From a virus, in IMG/VR virus record IMGVR_UViG_3300045988_088004: DNA of 34,282 nt, one strand, 5' to 3'. Made by a program: the position numbers and the translations under genes. Positions 30,940 through 34,282 of the stretch are shown here, in pieces; positions within the stretch are counted from its first letter, which is position 1; each line of letters begins with the position of its first letter. The notes under the pieces were generated by a model. That model was not told the origin of the DNA. It was given only the letters and a program-made list of their open reading frames with translations, and ran no database searches.

Positions 30940-31203
30940 TAACAAAATAGCTCAAGTAAAACCTCGTGAAAACGGTGAAACTCTCACGTAGACAATACCG
31001 TGCGAAGCCTAAAATTACAAAATATTGACAATTCAAAAAAGTAATTTTAGGAACGTGTAACGACTATCCCGAAAGGGAGTACACTCAAGCGAGTGGAAGT
31101 GCGAGGAACTCGAAAGAGTTAAGAGATAGTCTACTCTATATGGCGACATATAGCAGTTCATAAGAGAACGGTACGAAATTAGCGACTTCGTGTGAATGCA
31201 AGG
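30940..31203 (+). ncRNA. Group I intron (264 nt, no ORF)
   Basis: Removing it joins ...MLDNLKLG to YGGTKGEMERLIADANK in frame. Exon 1 ends in U and the intron ends in G. Candidate helices: P1 ttgggt (30934-30939) with gctcaa (30950-30955, U.G at the splice site); P3 cctcg/cgagg (30962-30966/31102-31106); P6 11-bp stem (31008-31018/31041-31051); P7 gacta/tagtc (31062-31066/31127-31131); P7.1 tccc-gaaa-ggga; P7.2 cactc-aagc-gagtg; P8 aactc-gaaa-gagtt; J8/7 aagaga; P9 ctatatg-gcga-catatag. Confidence 0.8.
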
Positions 31204-32640
31204 TATGGTGGTACTAAAGGCGAAATGGAACGACTAATAGCAGACGCAAATAAAGTAAAAGAAGCTAACGGAGAAATGGCTAACCTATCTATAGACAGTT
31301 TCGCAGACGTAACAGAAGCAATACATATTATCCAAACAGAAATGGGTATAACAGGTACTACTTCTAAAGAAGCAGGAAGAACTATTCAAGGATCTGTAAA
31401 AGCCATGAAGTCAGCATGGAGCAACCTACTAACAAAACTAGGTGATGGATCAGCAAATATAGAAGATTTAGTACGTAATTTAATGCTTACTATCGCAGGA
31501 GACGGAACAGAAAATAACTTAGGAGTATTAGGAAACGTAATGCCAGCCGTACAAAGAATATCAGAGGGTATAATGAATGCTTTACCGCAATTATTAAACG
31601 GTATTATTTCAGTATTACCTCAATTCTTAGAAGCTGGAGTAAATATAATTAACGGCCTAGTAACAGGTATTCAACAAAATATGCCAGCTATAATGTCAGC
31701 TACTATGCAGATCATAAATACCCTACTAACTACTATCATAAATAACCTACCTAAAATACTACAAATGGGAATACAAGTAATAGTATCACTAGTACAGGGA
31801 ATAGCTCAGCAACTACCTACACTAATACCGCAAATGGTAGAGACAGTAATAACAATAGTAGAAACTTTAATAGATAACATAGATTTAATAATTGACGCAG
31901 GAATACAGCTAATTATAGGCCTAGCCGAAGGCTTAATAGAAGCACTACCACAGCTGATAGATAAAATACCTATCATAATAGATAAATTAGTAGAAGCCAT
32001 TACGAATAACCTACCTAAGATAATCGAAATGGGTATAACTTTAATAGTTAAACTAGCCGAAGGTTTAATAAAGGCTATACCGCAACTAGTAAGCAAGATA
32101 CCGCAGATTATAAGCTCATTAGTAAATGGAATAGCAAGCTATTACTCTAAAATCTTTAGTGTAGGTGGAGAATTACTAGGAAAAGTAAAAGATGGTATCA
32201 TGAGCGGAATATCAGGAATGCTAGATGTAGGTAAAAATCTAGTTCAGGGATTATGGAATGGTATCGATAACGCTAAAGACTGGGTACTAGATAAAATTAA
32301 AGGTTTCGGGGAGTCTATAGTAGATGGAATTAAATCGTTCTTCGGGATCAACTCACCATCAACTTTATTTAGAGACCAAGTAGGTAAAAACCTAGCACTA
32401 GGTGTAGGAGAAGGTTTTTCAGACGAAATGGCTAACGTAACAAACGAGATGCAGAACGCTATTCCTAACAGCTTTGATACAGACGTAAACGTAGGAACTA
32501 CAACTACAGGAATGAATAATAATTACTTTAATATAGTAGACGCATTTAAAGAAGCACTATCAGAAATGAAAATAGAATTAGACGACGAAGTAGCAGGACG
32601 CTTCGTAGAGAATACAATAACAAACGCTATATATAACTAG
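31204..32640 (+). CDS. Tape measure protein, exon 2
   Basis: Starts YGGTKGEMERL.... Has a long hydrophobic LPxL/LPKI repeat region typical of tape measure proteins. The track ORF's GTG start at 31192 lies inside the intron. Confidence 0.85.
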   Translation, partial: YGGTKGEMERLIADANKVKEANGEMANLSIDSFADVTEAIHIIQTEMGITGTTSKEAGRTIQGSVKAMKSAWSNLLTKLGDGSANIEDLVRNLMLTIAGDGTENNLGVLGNVMPAVQRISEGIMNALPQLLNGIISVLPQFLEAGVNIINGLVTGIQQNMPAIMSATMQIINTLLTTIINNLPKILQMGIQVIVSLVQGIAQQLPTLIPQMVETVITIVETLIDNIDLIIDAGIQLIIGLAEGLIEALPQLIDKIPIIIDKLVEAITNNLPKIIEMGITLIVKLAEGLIKAIPQLVSKIPQIISSLVNGIASYYSKIFSVGGELLGKVKDGIMSGISGMLDVGKNLVQGLWNGIDNAKDWVLDKIKGFGESIVDGIKSFFGINSPSTLFRDQVGKNLALGVGEGFSDEMANVTNEMQNAIPNSFDTDVNVGTTTTGMNNNYFNIVDAFKEALSEMKIELDDEVAGRFVENTITNAIYN

Positions 32641-32652
32641 GGAGGTGGTAAT

Positions 32653-33366
32653 ATGAGAAATTATATAATTCTAAACGGAAATAATTCTAACGATCTAACA
32701 GGACTGTTAATATCCAAGCTACCACCTATCACAAAGCCCAAACAAAGAACGCAAACAAAGGAGATAGACGGTAGAGACGGAGATATAGTTACTACTTTAG
32801 GATATGGAGCTTATGATAAAAGCATAGATATCGGACTATACGGTAATTTTAATCTAGACGACATAATGACGTTTTTTAATAGTAGCGGTACGGTAACATT
32901 CTCTAACGAGGAGGATAAGTATTACAACTATCAAATAGTAGACCAGATAGATTACGAGAGACTAATAAGATTTAGAACGGCTAAAGTAAAGATGCACGTT
33001 CAACCTTTCAAATACTCAGCAGTAGAAGGCATCAGGACATATAATATAACTAATCAGGACGAAATTACTATAAATAATAACGGTAACTATACAGCTAAGC
33101 CAGTAATAACGATAGCAGGATCAGGAACTATAAACTTAAGCGTAAACGGATACGAAGTATTAGTAATAGAACTAGGAGAGACCGCATCTACCATTACCAT
33201 AGATACAGCTAATATGGAAGCATATAATCAAAATACGAGCCAACTAATGAATAGAAGTGTAACAGGCGATTACGATAACCTATATCTAAACGCAGGAAAA
33301 AATACAATATCGTGGACGGGTACTATAACTCAGATCCAGATACAAAACTATTCTAGGTGGCTATAA
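32653..33366 (+). CDS. Distal tail protein (Dit)
   Basis: MRNYIILNGNNSNDLTGLLISKLPPITKPKQRTQTKEIDGRDGD... is the classical siphovirus Dit N-terminus. Directly after the tape measure gene. Confidence 0.8.
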   Translation: MRNYIILNGNNSNDLTGLLISKLPPITKPKQRTQTKEIDGRDGDIVTTLGYGAYDKSIDIGLYGNFNLDDIMTFFNSSGTVTFSNEEDKYYNYQIVDQIDYERLIRFRTAKVKMHVQPFKYSAVEGIRTYNITNQDEITINNNGNYTAKPVITIAGSGTINLSVNGYEVLVIELGETASTITIDTANMEAYNQNTSQLMNRSVTGDYDNLYLNAGKNTISWTGTITQIQIQNYSRWL

Positions 33367-33379
33367 AGGAGGTAATAGA

Positions 33380-33733
33380 ATGAATAACAATAATATGTTT
33401 ATGGTACGAGGTGACACTTTTCGTTTTAGTGTAGAAATAGAAAACCTACAAGAAGACTTAACTAGTGCTTACTTTTCGTGCAAAAAGAACTATGACGACG
33501 TAGAATATATATTCCAAAAGTCATTAGGTGACGGAATAACAAAAAAACAAACTACAGAAAAAAGTAAAATATACGAAGTAGTAGTAGCTCCAGAAGATAC
33601 AGAAAACGTAGAATGCGGTAACTATTTTTATGACTTACAAATAGCCGTAAACGGTGACATATATACACCACTTAACGCTATTCTAAAAATAGAAAAAGAC
33701 GTAACAATAAATAGCGTTACGCCTTCGGCTTAG
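33380..33733 (+). CDS. Small beta-sandwich (Ig/BppU-N-like) virion protein ending in TPSA
   Basis: RGDTFRFSVEIE...YFYDLQIAVNGDIYTPLNAILKIEKDVT pattern. RBS aaggagg. The C-terminus is SVTPSA. Confidence 0.5.
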   Translation: MNNNNMFMVRGDTFRFSVEIENLQEDLTSAYFSCKKNYDDVEYIFQKSLGDGITKKQTTEKSKIYEVVVAPEDTENVECGNYFYDLQIAVNGDIYTPLNAILKIEKDVTINSVTPSA

Positions 33734-33744
33734 GAGGTGAAAAT

Positions 33745-34282
33745 ATGAATTGTAATTACAAAGTAAATATAAAAGATATACAAAATAAATATAAGTTTAA
33801 TATATTTGCTATGGGTGGATATAATGATAGCGACCTAAGAAAAATGATAGAAAGCGTATATTATGCACTACCTAGAGTAAACGGATCAGGAACAAGCGTT
33901 ACTTTAACTGATACGGCTTTTAGTTATATGAAGAATAAATTATATGCTACTGATATAAGCCAAGAAGGAGAGCCAACAATAGATGCACCACAAACAATAC
34001 ATACTATTAGTGGAGATAACGAAGTAGTAGTACGTGGGAAAAATTTAATACCGTTTACTAATCAAGATTTTACTTTAAATGGGTTAAGATATTATGTTGC
34101 TAATGGAAGCTTATATGTAGACGGCACAAGTCATGGAGAAGTATACTCAACAAATGCTAGTTTTAAAAATAATTTTAACTTTACATTACCAGCAGGAACA
34201 TATACTTTACAAAGAGATAATAATATTGCTACTTATCTTGACAACAAAGCAACAGGAACTCATTTAGTAACAAATAGTGGTA
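33745..34282 (+). CDS. Tail fibre / receptor-binding-like protein, 5' part of the wrap-around gene (continues at base 56)
   Basis: RBS taggaggtg precedes ATG 33745. The frame is open to the window end and continuous with 1-807 through the 55-nt overlap. Confidence 0.6.
   Translation, partial: MNCNYKVNIKDIQNKYKFNIFAMGGYNDSDLRKMIESVYYALPRVNGSGTSVTLTDTAFSYMKNKLYATDISQEGEPTIDAPQTIHTISGDNEVVVRGKNLIPFTNQDFTLNGLRYYVANGSLYVDGTSHGEVYSTNASFKNNFNFTLPAGTYTLQRDNNIATYLDNKATGTHLVTNSG

Noticed and set aside
2442-32096. About 27 short ORFs of 60-97 aa in the supplied track. All but 11825-12007 lie antisense to, or out of frame within, large annotated genes. They are 2442-2651, 3764-4013, 4984-5175, 5710-5904, 7842-8135, 8241-8426, 11825-12007, 13201-13419, 15313-15597, 16619-16810, 17554-17784, 19130-19628, 19840-20028, 21207-22547, 22938-23941, 24029-24253, 25743-26181 and 31806-32096.
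   Set aside because: They have no RBS. Their composition is Leu/Phe/Ser/Ile-rich and low-complexity, as expected from reading A-rich coding DNA backwards. All but 11825-12007 (which is antisense to the 11797 promoter region and the AbrB-like ORF) are embedded in genes with clear homology-type signatures.
31600-32120. Periodic LPQL/LPKI-type repeats in tape measure exon 2 as a distinct repeat element.
   Set aside because: This is the ordinary internal periodicity of tape measure proteins and is not a separate feature.
1-34282. Search by eye for tRNA/tmRNA genes, CRISPR repeats, reverse transcriptase (retron/DGR), transposases and toxin or known defence genes.
   Set aside because: I found no cloverleaf-type GTTCGAATC T-loops in the non-coding gaps. 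I also found no regularly spaced direct repeats with spacers, no RT (YxDD) protein and no DDE transposase.

Overview
The window is a visibly AT-rich temperate siphovirus-type phage genome of about 34.2 kb. It was captured as a closed circle: bases 1-55 repeat exactly at 34228-34282, and one tail gene reads in frame across that junction. The host is probably a low-GC Firmicute (Clostridia-like codon style), but that is inference only.

Module order:
- Tail tip and fibre genes (33745 -> 807, 818-4302), then a small XhlA/BhlA-like membrane protein and a terminator.
- Leftward large serine recombinase and cI-like repressor, facing a consensus TTGACA-17-TATAAT promoter and a Cro-like gene.
- Early genes: possible SSAP, SSB, DUF1064, a replication initiator with internal iterons, and a G39P-like protein.
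- A terminator/promoter block with an AbrB-like ORF.
- A lower-GC island of tandem paralogous coiled-coil ORFs (about 12.4-15.9 kb).
- A 0.4-kb ORF-free region rich in hairpins.
- Holin and CHAP endolysin, placed ahead of the packaging genes.
- HNH plus a free-standing GIY-YIG endonuclease.
- A frame-broken ParB-DNA methyltransferase and a compact MetK.
- TerS/TerL, then a GT4 glycosyltransferase wedged between TerL and portal.
- Portal, HK97-type protease (one in-frame TGA), major capsid, connectors and major tail protein.
- G/GT chaperones with an A_AAA_AAC slip site, a tape measure gene split by a 264-nt group I intron, and Dit.

Best leads:
1. The late-module glycosyltransferase, together with an identical C-terminal T-P-S-A tail on capsid, tail tube and a small beta-sandwich protein, suggests a virion glycosylation system.
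2. An ORF-less group I intron sits in the tape measure gene.
3. A 17-24 nt motif recurs at gene junctions and resembles the immunity-region operators (stoperator-like).
4. A structured leader or ncRNA lies in front of the lysis/late operon.
5. Two essential-looking genes need recoding or are broken (the protease TGA and the ParB-MTase -1 shift).

No tRNA, rRNA, CRISPR array or transposase was seen.
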